Shown: one piece after another, positions 32,701-44,823 of the stretch
Numbering within the stretch: the first letter of the stretch is position 1
Layout of the letters: each line of letters opens with the position of its first letter
NCBI GenBank assembly: GCA_964016885.1
Contig: OZ024766.1
Span: forward strand, 21,886,001 to 21,950,000
DNA from: Eledone cirrhosa
Lineage: Eukaryota
Direction: 5' to 3'
Length of the DNA stretch: 64,000 nt
The notes under the pieces: model-generated
What the model saw: only the letters and a program-made list of their open reading frames with translations
Told to the model about the DNA's origin: nothing
Database searches by the model: none
Translations under genes and position numbers: made by a program

Positions 32701-33518
32701 TTTTACCGTGTTACCTACACGGCCACATTACAGCGTGGGCTGTGCGTTTTTTTTTGTCGTGACACCTACACGACCTCATTTGTTTCGGACTGGATGTTGT
32801 GGTACCAACATAGCTTCACATCGAAAGGTGGCGGTGTGGATGGGATGGAGGTAGTGGGACGGGGGTGTATTTTTGGTCAAGAGGTACCTACTGACCGTAG
32901 TAGGTTTCGCTTTGCACTTAGGCAAGGCGGGTCTTCTGTATGACTGTGTAGCGCCATAGATCTCGGTCCAGTGACATTGTCTTGGGGAGGTGTCGTCCCC
33001 CCCTTATATATATCTGAAAGGGAGTAACACAGACCTTGTTTTTGATGTGGAAATTTCTCCTTAAAGAGATTCCGATGAGATAGAAGCTCCTGATAAATGT
33101 CTGGTGTGCAAGTCGCATAGTCATACATAGTTTTTGTGACAGTGTCTGCCTTCAGCTGAAATTGAAGCAAGAGGCATGGTTAGTATTACAGGAGACACAT
33201 GGCGTAGTTAGACATATATATGTATAAATATATATGCGCACACACATATATATATAAATACATACATATATACATATACACACACATATATATACATATA
33301 CACACACATATATACATATATACATACATACATATATATATATACAGACACATATATATACATATACACACATATATACATATATATACACATATACATA
33401 TATATACATACACACACACACACATACATATATATACATATACACACATACATATATATACACACTACACACACACACATATATATACATATACACACAT
33501 ATATATATATATATACAT

Positions 33519-33549
<31 letters not shown>

Positions 33550-33637
33550 CATACACACATACATACATATATACATACACACATACATATATATATATAT
33601 ATACATACACACATACATATATATACACACTACACAG

Positions 33638-33678
<41 letters not shown>

Positions 33679-36600
33679 TATATACATATACACATTACAC
33701 ACATACATATATATACACACTACACAGACATATATATATATATACATATATACACACATACATATAGAGAGAAGGCAGAGATATTTACCAAATCCAAGAG
33801 GTCTAGGCCACCAGCATGCGTTAACCCTAAAGACTTGGCCAAAGATATATTTTCTGGGTTCTGGAATAATAATAATAATAATAATAATGAAATTATTGTG
33901 TACAGTGCTCAGGTGCACTACAACTCATCAAAGGTGCATGTGTAGTTCATAGAATAATGTACAAATGTCAGGAAAATGAACAGTGTACGAGTCATGATAT
34001 AATAACAATAACGAAATATTGTGTACAGTGCTCAGGTGCACTACAACTCATCAAAAGTGCATGTATAGTACATAGAATAATGTACAAATGTCAGGAAAAT
34101 GAACAGTGTACGAGTCATGATATAATAACAATAACGAAATATTGTGTACAGTGCTCAGGTGCACTACAACTCATCAAAGGTGCATGTATAGTACATAGAA
34201 TAATGTACAAATGTCAGGAAAATAAACAGTGTACGAGTCATGATATAATAACAATAACGAAATATTGTGTACAGTGCTCAGGTGCACTACAACTCATCAA
34301 AGGTGCATGTATAGTACATAGAATAATGTACAAATGTCAGGAAAATGAACAGTGTATGAGTCATGATATAATAACAATAACAATAATGAAATCATTGTGT
34401 ACAGTGCTCAGGTGCACTACAACTCATCAAAGGTGCATGTGTAGTTCATAGAATAATGTACAAATGTCAGGAAAATGAACAGTGTACGAGTCATGATATA
34501 ATAACAATAACAATAACGAAATATTGTGTACAGTGCTCAGGTGCACTACAACTCATCAAAGGTGCATGTATAGTACATAGAATAATGTACAAATGTCAGG
34601 AAAATGAACAGTGTACGAGTCATGATATAATAACAATAACAATAATGAAATTATTGTGTACAGTGCTCAGGTGCACTACAACTCATCAAAGGTGCATGTA
34701 TAGTTCATAGAATAATGTACAAATGTCAGGAAAATGAACAGTGTACGAGTCATGATATAATAACAATAACAATAATGAAATTATTGTGTACAGTGCTCAG
34801 GTGCACTACAACTCATCAAAGGTGCATGTATAGTTCATAGAATAATGTACAAATGTCAGGAAAATGAACAGTGTACGAGTCATGATATAATAACAATAAC
34901 AATAATGAAATTATTGTGTACAGTGCTCAGGTGCACTACAACTCATCAAAGGTGCATGTATAGTTCATAGAATAATGTACAAATGTCAGGAAAATGAACA
35001 GTGTACGAGTCATGATATAATAACAATAACAATAATGAAATTATTGTGTACAGTGCTCAGGTGCACTACAACTCATCAAAGGTGCATGTATAGTTCATAG
35101 AATAATGTACAAATGTCAGGAAAATGAACAGTGTACGAGTCATGATATAATAACAATAACGAAATATTGTGTACAGTGCTCAGGTGCACTACAACTCATC
35201 AAAGGTGCATGTATAGTACATAGAATAATGTACAAATGTCAGGAAAATGAACAGTGTACGAGTCATGATATAATAACAATAACAATAATGAAATATTGTG
35301 TACAGTGCCCAGGTGCACTACAACTCATCAAAGGTGCATGTATAGTTCATAGAATAATGTACAAATGTCAGGAAAATGAACAGTGTACGAGTCATGATAT
35401 AATAACAATAATGAAATATTGTGTACAGTGCCCAGGTGCACCACAACTCATCAAAAAAGTGCATGTACAGTACATAGGGCAATGCACAAACATCAGTAAA
35501 ATGAACAGTGCACGAGTCATGATACACACGTGTGCATGTGTATGGAAGGGGTACATCAGGTGTAGTTTTGGTGTATTTCGGGAAGCATGAATGTCTTAAG
35601 AAAGGGAAAGATAGAGAGCTATACAAACTCACAAACATTAAACATATATATATATAAAAGAAATAGGATTTCACTTCAAGCATAGCTTTATACAATCATC
35701 ATCATCATCGTTTAACGTCCATCTTCCACGCTTGCATGGGTTTGGATGGGAATTTTCCCACTTGAGGCAAGAGTGGTTGTCTTGCTCGCATAGGACTGTC
35801 TGGTGGGTTTTCTACGGCTGGGTGCCCTTCCCAACACCAACCACGTTTACAGTGTGGGGCTGGGAGGTTTTTACCGTGTTACCTACACGGCCACATTACA
35901 GCGTGGACTGTGTGTTTTTTTTTGTCGTGACATCTACACGTCTGGCGGGTTTTCTACGGCTGGATGCCCTTCCTAACACCAACCACATTTACAGTGTGGA
36001 CTGGGTGGTTTTTACCGTGTTACCTACACGGCCACATTACAGCGTGGACTGTGTGTTTTTTTTTGTCGTGACATCTACACGTCTGGCAGGTTTTCTACGG
36101 CTGGGTGCCCTTCCTAACACCAACCTCATTTACAGTGAGTGCTGGGTGCTTTTTTGCCGTGGCACCTCCACGACCACTTTACAGTGAGTGTTGGGTGCTT
36201 TTTTGCTGTGGCACCTCCACGACCACTTGACAGTGAGTGCTGGGTGCTCTTTTGCTGTGGCACCTCCACGACCACTTTACAGTGAGTGCTGGGTGCTTTT
36301 TTGCTGTGGCACCTCCACGACCACTTGACAGTGAGTGCTGGGTGCTCTTTTGCTGTGGCACCTCCACGACCACTTTACAGTGAGTGCTGGGTGCTTTTTT
36401 GCCGTGGCACCTCCATGACCACTTTACAGTGAGTGCTGGGTGCTTTTTTGCCGTGGCACCTCCATGACCACTTTACAGTGAGTACTGGGTGCTTTTTTGC
36501 CGTGGCACCTCCATGACCACTTTGCAGTGAGTGCTGGGTGCTTTTTTGCCGTGGCACCTACACGACCACTTTGCAGTGAGTGCTGGGTGCTTTTTTGCCG

Positions 36601-39600
36601 TGGCACCTCCATGACCACTTTACAGTGAGTGCTGGGTGCTTTTTTGCCGTGGCACCTCCATGACCACTTTACAGTGAGTGCTGGGTGCTTTTTTGCCGTG
36701 GCACCTCCATGACCACTTTACAGTGAGTACTGGGTGCTTTTTTGCCGTGGCACCTCCACGACCACTTTACAGTGAGTGCTGGGTGCTTTTTTGCTGTGGC
36801 ACCTCCACGACCACTTTACAGTGAGTGCTGGGTGCTTTTTTGCTGTGGCACCTCCACGACCACTTTACAGTGAGTGCTGGGTGCTTTTTTGCGGTGGCAC
36901 CTCCACGACCACTTTGCAGTGTGGGCTGGGTGCTTTTTTGCCGTGGCACCTCCACGACCACTTTACAGTGAGTGCTGGGTGCTTTTTTGTTGTGGCACCT
37001 CCACGACCACTTTACAGTGTGGGCTGGGTGCTTTTTTGTTGTGGCACCTCCACGACCACTTTGCAGTGAGTGCTGGGTGCTTTTTTGCCGTGGCACCTCC
37101 ACGACCACTTTACAGTGAGTGCTGGGTGCTTTTTTGCCGTGGCACCTCCACGACCACTTTACAGTGAGTGCTGGGTGCTCTTTTGCTGTGGCACCTCCAC
37201 GACCACTTTACAGTGAGTGCTGGGTGCTTTTTTGCTGTGGCACCTCCACGACCACTTTACAGTGAGTGCTGGGTGCTTTTTTGCTGTGGCACCTCCACGA
37301 CCACTTTACAGTGAGTGCTGGGTGCTCTTTTGCTGTGGCACCTCCACGACCACTTTACAGTGAGTGCTGGGTGCTCTTTTGCCGTGGCACCTCCACGACC
37401 ACTTTGCAGTGAGTGCTGGGTGCTTTTTTGCTGTGGCACCTCCACGACCAATTTACAGTGAGTGCTGGGTGCTTTTTTGCTGTGGCACCTCCACGACCAC
37501 TTTACAGTGAGTGCTGGGTGCTTTTTTGCCGTGGCACCTCCACGACCACTTTGCAGTGAGTGCTGGGTGCTTTTTTGCCGTGGCACCTCCACGACCACTT
37601 TACAGTGAGTGCTGGGTGCTTTTTTGCTGTGGCACCTCCACGACCACTTTACAGTGAGTGCTGGGTGCTTTTTTGCCGTGGCACCTCCACGACCACTTTA
37701 CAGTGAGTGCTGGGTGCTTTTTTGCCGTGGCACCTCCACGACCACTTTACAGTGAGGGCTGGGTGCTTTTTTGCCGTGGCACCTCCACGACCACTTTACA
37801 GTGAGTGCTGGGTGCTTTTTTGCGGTGGCACCTCCACGACCACTTTACAGTGGAATGATAGGGACCCCAGTCCCTATCATCTCATTTCTACAGCTGAGTA
37901 AACTGGAGCAATGTGAAATAAAGTGTCTTGCTCAAGGAAACAACACATCACCCGGTCTGAGAATTGAACTCACAACCTTTCGATTGCAAGGCCAATGCTC
38001 TAACCACTAAGCCATGTGCCTCCATACATATAATGATTTACACCACCCCTTACACTGGTAAAAGGGAGACCTACCTTGGACAGGAAGATACAGCGGGTCT
38101 CGGTGTCGTCCTCAAAATGGTGAGGGTAGACCAAGGTACCACTGACACTGCTGAGGAACTTTGTCTGCAAGTAGAGAGTGGCATAGGGTGTGTGAGTGGG
38201 CAGGGGTGGAGGAAAGAAAATACTCCCCCAAAAGTCCTGACCCACCACCACCAACACTAAAACAATCGAAACCACAAGACCCCCCCCCCCCCCCCCCCCA
38301 AACAATAATTAGAGCAAAAAACCCCTAAGGGCTGCCAAAAACTAAAAAAAGCCCTAAGAAAAAACACAAATCCCTACCAAAAGCCCTAATAAAACACACC
38401 AACCCCACCAAAAGCCCTAATAAAACACACCAACCCCACTAAGAACCTTAACAAAACACACCAACCCCACCAAGAACCCTAATAAAACACCAACCCCACT
38501 AAGAACCCTAATAAAACACACCAACCCCACTAAGAACCTTAACATAACACACCAACCCCACCAAAAACCCTAATAAAACACACCAACCCCACCAAAAACC
38601 CTAATAAAACACACCAACCCCACTAAGAACCCTAATAAAACACACCAACCCCACCAAAAGCCCTAATAAAACACACCAACCCCACCAAAAACCCTAATAA
38701 AACACACCAACCCCACCAAAAACCCTAATAAAACACATCAACCCCGCCAAAAGCCCTACTAAAACACACCAACCCCACTAAGAACCTTAATAAAACACAC
38801 CAACCCCACCAAAAGCCCTAATAAAACACACCAACCCCACTAAGAACCTTAACAAAACACACCAACCCCACCAAAAACCCTAATAAAACACACCAACCCC
38901 ACCAAAAACCCTAATAAAACACACCAACCCCACCAAAAGCCCTAATAAAACACACCAACCCCACCAAAAACCCTAATAAAACACACCAACCCCACCAAAA
39001 ACCCTAATAAAACACACCAACCCCACCAAAAACCCTAATAAAACACACCAACCCCACCAAAAACCCTAATAAAACACACCAACCCCACCAAAAACCCTAA
39101 TAAAACACACCAACCCCCACCAAAAACCCTAATAAAACACACCAACCCCCACCAAAAACCCTAATAAAACACACCAACCCCCACCAAAAACAGTAATTAA
39201 AACCCCCGTCAAACCTTCTTCTTAGTCGCCATATTAAGGACCATGTCGATATAGAGAAGACCTTCAAGGTTGTCCATCATAGCAGGATCGGCGTAGGCCT
39301 TATGTTTAGCGATGGCCCCCTCGAGGGGGTTCAACTGGACGGGGTAGTACTGACTGAACCAGATGTTGTCTGTCGGGGACCTCGCAGCAAACTCGGGCCT
39401 CAACGCTGGCTTGGAGTACTTCTTGACGTTGCTGGAACAGAGAGGAACGGAGAGTGTTTAGTGGTGTGGTGGTGGTGGTGTGTGGTTGTGGTGGTGGTGT
39501 GGTGGTGTGGTGGTAGTGTGGTGGTGGTGTGGTGGTAGTGTAGTGGTGGTGTAGTGGTGGTGGAGACGGGCCTCAACGCTGGCTTGGAGTACTTCCTGAC

Positions 39601-42200
39601 GTTGCTGGAACAGAGAAGAGCGGAGAGTGCTTAGTGGTGTGGGGGAGGGTGTGGTGGTGGTTGTGGTGGTGGTGGTGGTGGTGGTGGTGTAGTGTGGTGG
39701 TGTGGTGGTGGTGGTGGTGTAGTGTGGTAGTGTAGTGGTGGTGGTGGTAGTGGAGTACTTCCTGACGTTGCTGGAACAGAGAGGAACGGAGAGTGTTTAG
39801 TGGTGTGGTGGTGGTTGTGGTGGTGGTGTAGTGTGGTGGTGGTGGTGGTGGTGTAGTGTGGTGGTGGTGTAGTGTGGGGGAGGGTGTGGTGGTGGTGTAG
39901 TGTGGTGGTGTGGTGGTAGTGTGGTGGTGGTGGTGGTGTAGTGTGGTGGTGTGGTGGTAGTGTGGTGGTGTGGTGGTAGTGTGGTGGTGGTGTGGTGGTG
40001 GTGGTGTAGTGTGGTGGTGTGGTGGTAGTGTGGTGGTGTGGTGTGGTGGTAGTGGTAGTGGAGTACTTCTTGACGTTGCTGGAACAGAGAGGAACGGAGA
40101 GTGCTTAGTGGTGTGGGGGAGGGTGTGGTGGTGGTTGTGGTGGTGGTGTAGTGTGGTGGTGGTGGTGGTAGTGTGGTGGTGTGGTGGTAGTGTGGTGGTG
40201 GTGGTAGTGGAGTACTTCCTGACGTTGCTGGAACAGAGAAGAACGGAGAGTGCTTAGTGTTGTAGTGGTGGTGGTGGTGTGGTGTGGTGTGGTGGTGGTG
40301 GTGTGGTGGTGGTGTAGTGGTGGTGTAGTGTGGTGGAGAAGAACGGAGAGAGTTTAGTGGTGTGGTGGTGGTAGTGTGGTGGTAGTGGTGTGGTGGTGGT
40401 AGTGTAGTGGTAGTGTGGTGGTGGTGGTAGTGGTGTGGTGGTGGTGGAGAGAGTTTACTGGTTGGTGTTAGGAAGTGCATCCAGCCGTAGAAAACCCGCC
40501 AGACAGTCCTATGCGAGCAAGACAACCACTCTTGCCTCAAGTGGGAAAACTCCCGTCCAAAGCCATGCAAGCGTGGAACAGGGACGTTAAACGATGTTAG
40601 AGAGAAACGAAGCCTGCATGCTCCGATGGATGTGTAACAGTAATATACGTGAACGACGAAGCATAAAGGAATTGAGAGAGAGACTGAGCATAAGAGGAAT
40701 CAAATGCTGCGTACAGGAGAGGCGGTTACGCTGGTATGGACATGTGATGCGTATGAAGGATGACAGCTGCATAAAAAGGTGCAGAGCACTAGAAGTTGAT
40801 GGAAACCGCGGAGTGGGGAGACCCAAGATGACCTGGGATGAGGTGATAAAAGCCGACCTTACCCAACTACACCTCTCAAAGTCAATGACACACGACCGTG
40901 ACTTCTGGCGTCACGCAGTAATACAGGGTACCCGACCTCCCATGGGTACATGCTGAAGCATATAAACAATATGCCCCCACTCCCCCCACCGCAAGGTGGT
41001 CGTGGAGGTGCCACGGCAAAAAAAGCACCCAGCCCACACTGTAAAGTGGACGTGTAGGCGCCACGAAAAAGCACCCAGCACTCACTGTAAATGAGGTTGG
41101 TGTTAGGAAGGGCATCCAGCTGTAGAAATCAAGCCAGATCAGTTCCTGTATGAGCAAGGCATGGTCAGCCGACCAGACACTGCCCACAACAGGACAACCC
41201 GTCTAACCCATGCTAGCGTGGAAGAACGGACGTAAAACGGTGATGATGATGATGATGATGATGAAAGATACTTACTAAGATAATGTGGGCTGGTTTTTTT
41301 TATCTTTAGCAGGTTTTGGTGCCTTAAACCTGATCTTCTTCTGCTTATATCGATTCTGTTGGTAGTTTGTTAGGCAGGGCCCAGGGTGGGAGAGAACCTG
41401 ATACATTCCATTACAGCAGACTGGAAGGGGTCACAGCAGGGGGTGGAGAAAATAGAAGAAAGAAAAAACAACAACAAAATTAACCCCTTTCAGACACCAA
41501 TTCAAACATGAACACCACCCCTTCGTTCTATCGTATAGAACCTTTGTTAAGTTATGTTCCAACCCACCAGAAACCATCCCTGGTTCTCTGAGACAAACCT
41601 GCTTGTTGTTAAAGTGTTTATATTTATGTAAGAACCTTTGTTGTGTTATGTTCCATTAGAAATATGGAAATTAAAGGGTTAAAGTGCTTATATTTATGTA
41701 AGAACCTTTGTTAAGTTATGTTCCATTAGAAATATGGTAATGAAAGGGTTAAAGTGTTTATATTTATGTGTGTATGTATATATGTAGATGTATGTGCGTG
41801 TATATATATATATGCGTGTATATATACATGTGTGTGTGCCTAGCCTTGTCGGACACTGTGTGGTGCTGAATCTCCCTGAGAACAAGCTTAAAGGTACACG
41901 TAACGAACTACAAATTTACCACTGAATCTCCCTGAGAAATAAGTTAAAGGTACACGTGTCTGTATATATATATATATATACATCTATGTGTATATATATA
42001 TATACACACACATGATGGCCCCCAAAAATGTATGCACATTTCAATAGCATTAAACATATGTATACATTTTTTGGGGACACCCTGTATATATATATACAAG
42101 GTGTCCCCAAAAAATGTATACATCTATTTAATGCTATTGAAATGTGCATACATTTTTGTGGGACACCATGTGTGTGTGTGTGTATATATATGTATATATA

Positions 42201-42242
<42 letters not shown>

Positions 42243-42359
42243 GGGTGTCCCCCCAAAAATATATACATACTTCAATAACATTCTGATAGATGTGTGTATA
42301 CATTTTTTTGAGACACCCTATATATGTATATATACATCTATATGTATGTATAAAGCATG

Positions 42360-42393
<34 letters not shown>

Positions 42394-42460
42394 TATACTT
42401 ACTGTTGGTCGCCAAAGTTCTTCGAGTGAAGAGAATTAGGTTTAATTTCGTGAAGGACAT
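29467..42460 (-). CDS. MRPL1: 39S mitochondrial ribosomal protein L1, 9 coding exons, 370 aa
   Basis: Exons 42460-42403, 41420-41276, 39431-39215, 38164-38075, 33860-33789, 33155-33035, 31898-31786, 30810-30729 and 29681-29467; all GT-AG, phases compatible, total 1113 nt; uL1-like segments [40 protein letters not shown]; basic presequence [17 protein letters not shown]. Confidence 0.9.
29831..29875 (-). ncRNA. minimal type-I hammerhead ribozyme motif (slightly decayed)
   Basis: ggt-CTGATGA-TTCC..GGAT-GAAA-CACTG-TA-agc on the minus strand. Confidence 0.55.
30486..30530 (-). ncRNA. minimal type-I hammerhead ribozyme motif (Penelope-type)
   Basis: gtt-CTGATGA-TTCCACAC TTAT GTCTGGAT-GAAA-CGATCG-TA-agc; palindromic helix III, GUA cleavage triplet. 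Confidence 0.7.
30729..30810 (-). CDS. MRPL1: MRPL1 exon 8
   Basis: TTTTTCAG|[28 protein letters not shown]|GTATGT. Confidence 0.9.
30842..31673 (-). mobile_element. CORE-type SINE with about 11 internal 49-bp repeats
   Basis: Same head, CORE and tail as 17904-18489. Confidence 0.85.
31786..31898 (-). CDS. MRPL1: MRPL1 exon 7
   Basis: CTACAG|[38 protein letters not shown]|GTTTGT. Confidence 0.87.
31920..32370 (+). mobile_element. rearranged RTE RT fragments
   Basis: [46 protein letters not shown]. Confidence 0.75.
33035..33155 (-). CDS. MRPL1: MRPL1 exon 6
   Basis: AATTTCAG|[41 protein letters not shown]|GTCTGT. Confidence 0.88.
33789..33860 (-). CDS. MRPL1: MRPL1 exon 5
   Basis: ATTCCAG|[24 protein letters not shown]|GTAAAT. 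Confidence 0.85.
33866..35525. repeat. 123-129-bp tandem repeat (about 13 copies) apparently derived from a retroelement 3' end
   Basis: Unit TGTGTACAGTGCTCAGGTGCACTACAACTCATCAAAGG...; on the minus strand it ends in an (ATT)n tail. Confidence 0.88.
35696..38022 (-). mobile_element. CORE-type SINE with about 35 internal 49-bp repeats and a composite tail
   Basis: Head at 37860-38022 matches 18325-18489; array at 36134-37850. Confidence 0.85.
38075..38164 (-). CDS. MRPL1: MRPL1 exon 4
   Basis: TTGCAG|[30 protein letters not shown]|GTAGGT. Confidence 0.88.
38380..39190. repeat. ~31-bp C/A-rich minisatellite (CCCTAATAAAACACACCAACCCCACCAAAAA)
   Basis: Direct inspection; fills MRPL1 intron 3. 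Confidence 0.92.
39215..39431 (-). CDS. MRPL1: MRPL1 exon 3
   Basis: TGTTCCAG|[45 protein letters not shown]|GTTTGA. Confidence 0.88.
39460..40450 (-). repeat. (GGT)n-type repeat interspersed with duplicated MRPL1 exon-3 acceptor modules
   Basis: GGAGTACTTC.TGACGTTGCTGGAACAGAGA repeated at ~39586, 39752, 40060 and 40209. Confidence 0.88.
40596..41263 (+). mobile_element. young 5'-truncated RTE copy
   Basis: Near-identical to 7776-8437 including the 3' UTR and (TGA)n tail. Confidence 0.93.
41276..41420 (-). CDS. MRPL1: MRPL1 exon 2
   Basis: CCTTCCAG|..[47 protein letters not shown]|GTAAGT; phases fit both neighbours. Confidence 0.8.
42010..42320. mobile_element. tandem ~75-bp Tc1/mariner-type MITE hairpins (3-4 copies)
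   Basis: CAGGGTGTCCCC..AAAATGTATAC / GTATACATTTTT..GGGACACCCTG with TA flanks; single copy at 60257-60333. Confidence 0.65.
42403..42460 (-). CDS. MRPL1: MRPL1 exon 1 (start codon, mitochondrial presequence)
   Basis: ATG at 42460, [19 protein letters not shown], donor A|GTAAGT; ETS motif ACTTCCTG ~30 nt upstream (42487-42494). Confidence 0.8.
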
Positions 42461-42521
42461 ATTTTTGTGTCGGTATTTAATGATAACAGGAAGTCAGAGC
42501 AGTCCTGCAGTTAATATATAG

Positions 42522-42607
<86 letters not shown>

Positions 42608-42801
42608 ATATACTATAGTAGTAAGAGTACTATATTCACTGCGGAGTTTGTGTGTATGAAGGATAAACTGTAGTGGTTTGATTATATTTACTGCGGAACA
42701 TAAAGATAATGAGAGAAAAAAAAGGAAAAAAAATATGAGAGAAAAAATTGGATGAGATTTTTTAATTAATTAAAATTTTATAGAGATTTTTTTTTTCGAT
42801 T

Positions 42802-42849
<48 letters not shown>

Positions 42850-42879
42850 TATATAACTTATTAATGCTTTCCAGCATAG

Positions 42880-43230
42880 TTACGTCCCTTTACGATCTGA
42901 GTTCAAATTCCGTCGAGGTTGACTTTGCCTTTCATCCTTACGGGGTCGATAAAATAAAGTACCAGTAATGCACTGGGTAATTGCTGGCCTTGTGCTTAAA
43001 TTAGAAACAATTATATAACTTATTAATTGGGCGATGGGTTGGCAGTATCGGTAAGGGTCGGACGCCATGCTTTTGAAGCATAGAGTTACCTCCCTTTATG
43101 ATCTGAGTTCAAATCCCGCCGAGGTTGACTTTGCCTTTCATCCTTACGGGGTCGATAAAATAAAGTACCAGTAATGCACTGGGATAATTGCTGGCCTTGT
43201 GCCAAAAGTAGAAACGATTATATAACTTAT
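42880..43230 (+). mobile_element. two tandem tRNA-SINE copies
   Basis: B boxes GAGTTCAAAT and the central domain GACTTTGCCTTTCATCCTTACGGGGTCGATAAAATAAAGTACCAG, each twice. Confidence 0.8.
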
Positions 43231-43280
43231 TAATATTTTGTTGGTTTGGGGTGGAGAGAATGATGAGGCGTGTGTCGTTG

Positions 43281-43322
<42 letters not shown>

Positions 43323-43400
43323 TGTAATAGATAGATAGAAACAGAGAGAGAGAGGGAGAGAGAGAGAGTGTGTAATAGATAGATAGAAACAGAGAGAGAG

Positions 43401-43431
<31 letters not shown>

Positions 43432-44016
43432 ATGGAAAAATGTGAACAGGAACAAAACAGAGAGGCAGTACAACGAATGTTTATTAATTTCACGCTCTGG
43501 AGAGTGGGGTGGTGGTGGGGAACGACGTTTTGGGCACAAGCCCTTCCTCAGGTGAGAAGTGTGTGGGAACAGAGTTCAAAGGGTGTGTAGGGGAGTGGTG
43601 AAGAGACATATGGCGAAAGGAAACGGTGCGAATGAAATTAAAAATAAAAATAAAAATAAAGCATGATCAAAATACATATATATATATATACATGTAAAGT
43701 TATATTTAAAATTGTTGGGTTACAACTAATAAATATTTATAACTGATATAAAAGCACTCGACAAATACTTGGAGTATATTTACAATATTAAATAAATGGA
43801 AAACTATATTTATAAAACCATATTTATTTCATTATATATATTTCGGGGATATCATATTAACAATATGCTATGCCTTCATCAGACAAAATACAATATAAAC
43901 AGTTTTATAGATAAATATATTCGACATACCGTAATAAACATCAAATAAACTTCAAATGAAGTTGATGTTTATTACGGTATGTCGAATATATTTATCTATA
44001 AAACTGTTTATATTGT

Positions 44017-44080
44017 ATTTTGTCTGATGAAGGCATAGCATATTGTTAATATGATATCCCCGAAATATATATAATGAAAT
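44017..44080 (+). ncRNA. type-I hammerhead ribozyme motif
   Basis: attttgt-CTGATGA-[AGGCATAGCATATT GTT AATATGATATCCCC]-GAAA-TATATA-TA-atgaaat; 7-bp helix I. Confidence 0.65.
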
Positions 44081-44259
44081 AAATATGGTTTTATAAATAT
44101 AGTTTTCCATTTATTTAATATTGTATATATATATATATATATATGTAGAAGTTATATTTAATTTGTTGTGATACAACAAGCAAATATTTTTATAACTGAT
44201 ATAAAGCACTCAACAAATTATTGGAGTAAAAATACAATATATTAACAAATCTATATTAT

Positions 44260-44322
44260 ATTTTATCTGATGAAAGCGCACCATAATTTAACTTGGTGTC
44301 CTTGAAATATGTATAATGAAAT
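44260..44322 (+). ncRNA. type-I hammerhead ribozyme motif (diverged subfamily)
   Basis: attttat-CTGATGA-[AAGCGCACCA..TGGTGTCCTT]-GAAA-TATGTA-TA-atgaaat; different helix II sequence with the same pairing. Confidence 0.65.
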
Positions 44323-44380
44323 AAATATGGTTTTATAAATATAGTTTCCATTTGTTAATATATTGTAGAAATATATATAT

Positions 44381-44785
44381 CATCATCATCATCATCATCA
44401 CCGTTTTACGTCCGTTCTTCCACGCTAGCATGGGTTAGACGGGTTGTCCTGTTGTGGGCAGTGTCTGGTCGGCTGACCATGCCTTGCTCATACAGGAACT
44501 GATCTGGCTTGATTTCTACAGCTGGATGCCCTTCCTAACACCAACCTCATTTACAGTGAGTGCTGGGTGCTTTTTCGTGGCGCCTACACGTCCACTTTAC
44601 AGTGTGGGCTGGGTGCTTTTTTGCCGTGGCACCTCCACGACCACCTTGCGGTGGGGGGGGGGGGCATATTGTTTATATGCTTCAGCATGTACCCATGGGA
44701 GGTCGGGTACCCTGTATTACTGCGTGACGCCAGAAGTTACGGTCGTGTGTCATTGACTTTGAGAGGTGTAGTTGGGTAAGGTCGG

Positions 44786-44787
<2 letters not shown>
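44381..44787 (-). mobile_element. young 5'-truncated RTE copy in (TA)n
   Basis: Reverse complement of ~8029-8437, near-identical. Confidence 0.93.

Positions 44788-44819
<32 letters not shown>

Positions 44820-44823
<4 letters not shown>

Larger units (their letters stand above)
43690..44370. mobile_element. Penelope-LTR-like fragments forming an inverted repeat plus a diverged third copy
   Basis: Arms ~43782-43943 and ~43962-44125 are reverse complements; hammerheads at 43826-43889 (-), 44017-44080 (+) and 44260-44322 (+). Confidence 0.7.

Noticed and set aside
36134-37850. CRISPR-like appearance of the regular 48-49-bp arrays
   Set aside because: No unique spacers, eukaryotic context, no cas genes; these are plain tandem repeats
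43545-43560. CTCAG|GTGAGA as a CNOT6 first-exon donor
   Set aside because: It falls within a Penelope-LTR-like fragment; the CCAAT-linked exon at 47819-47972 is a better candidate
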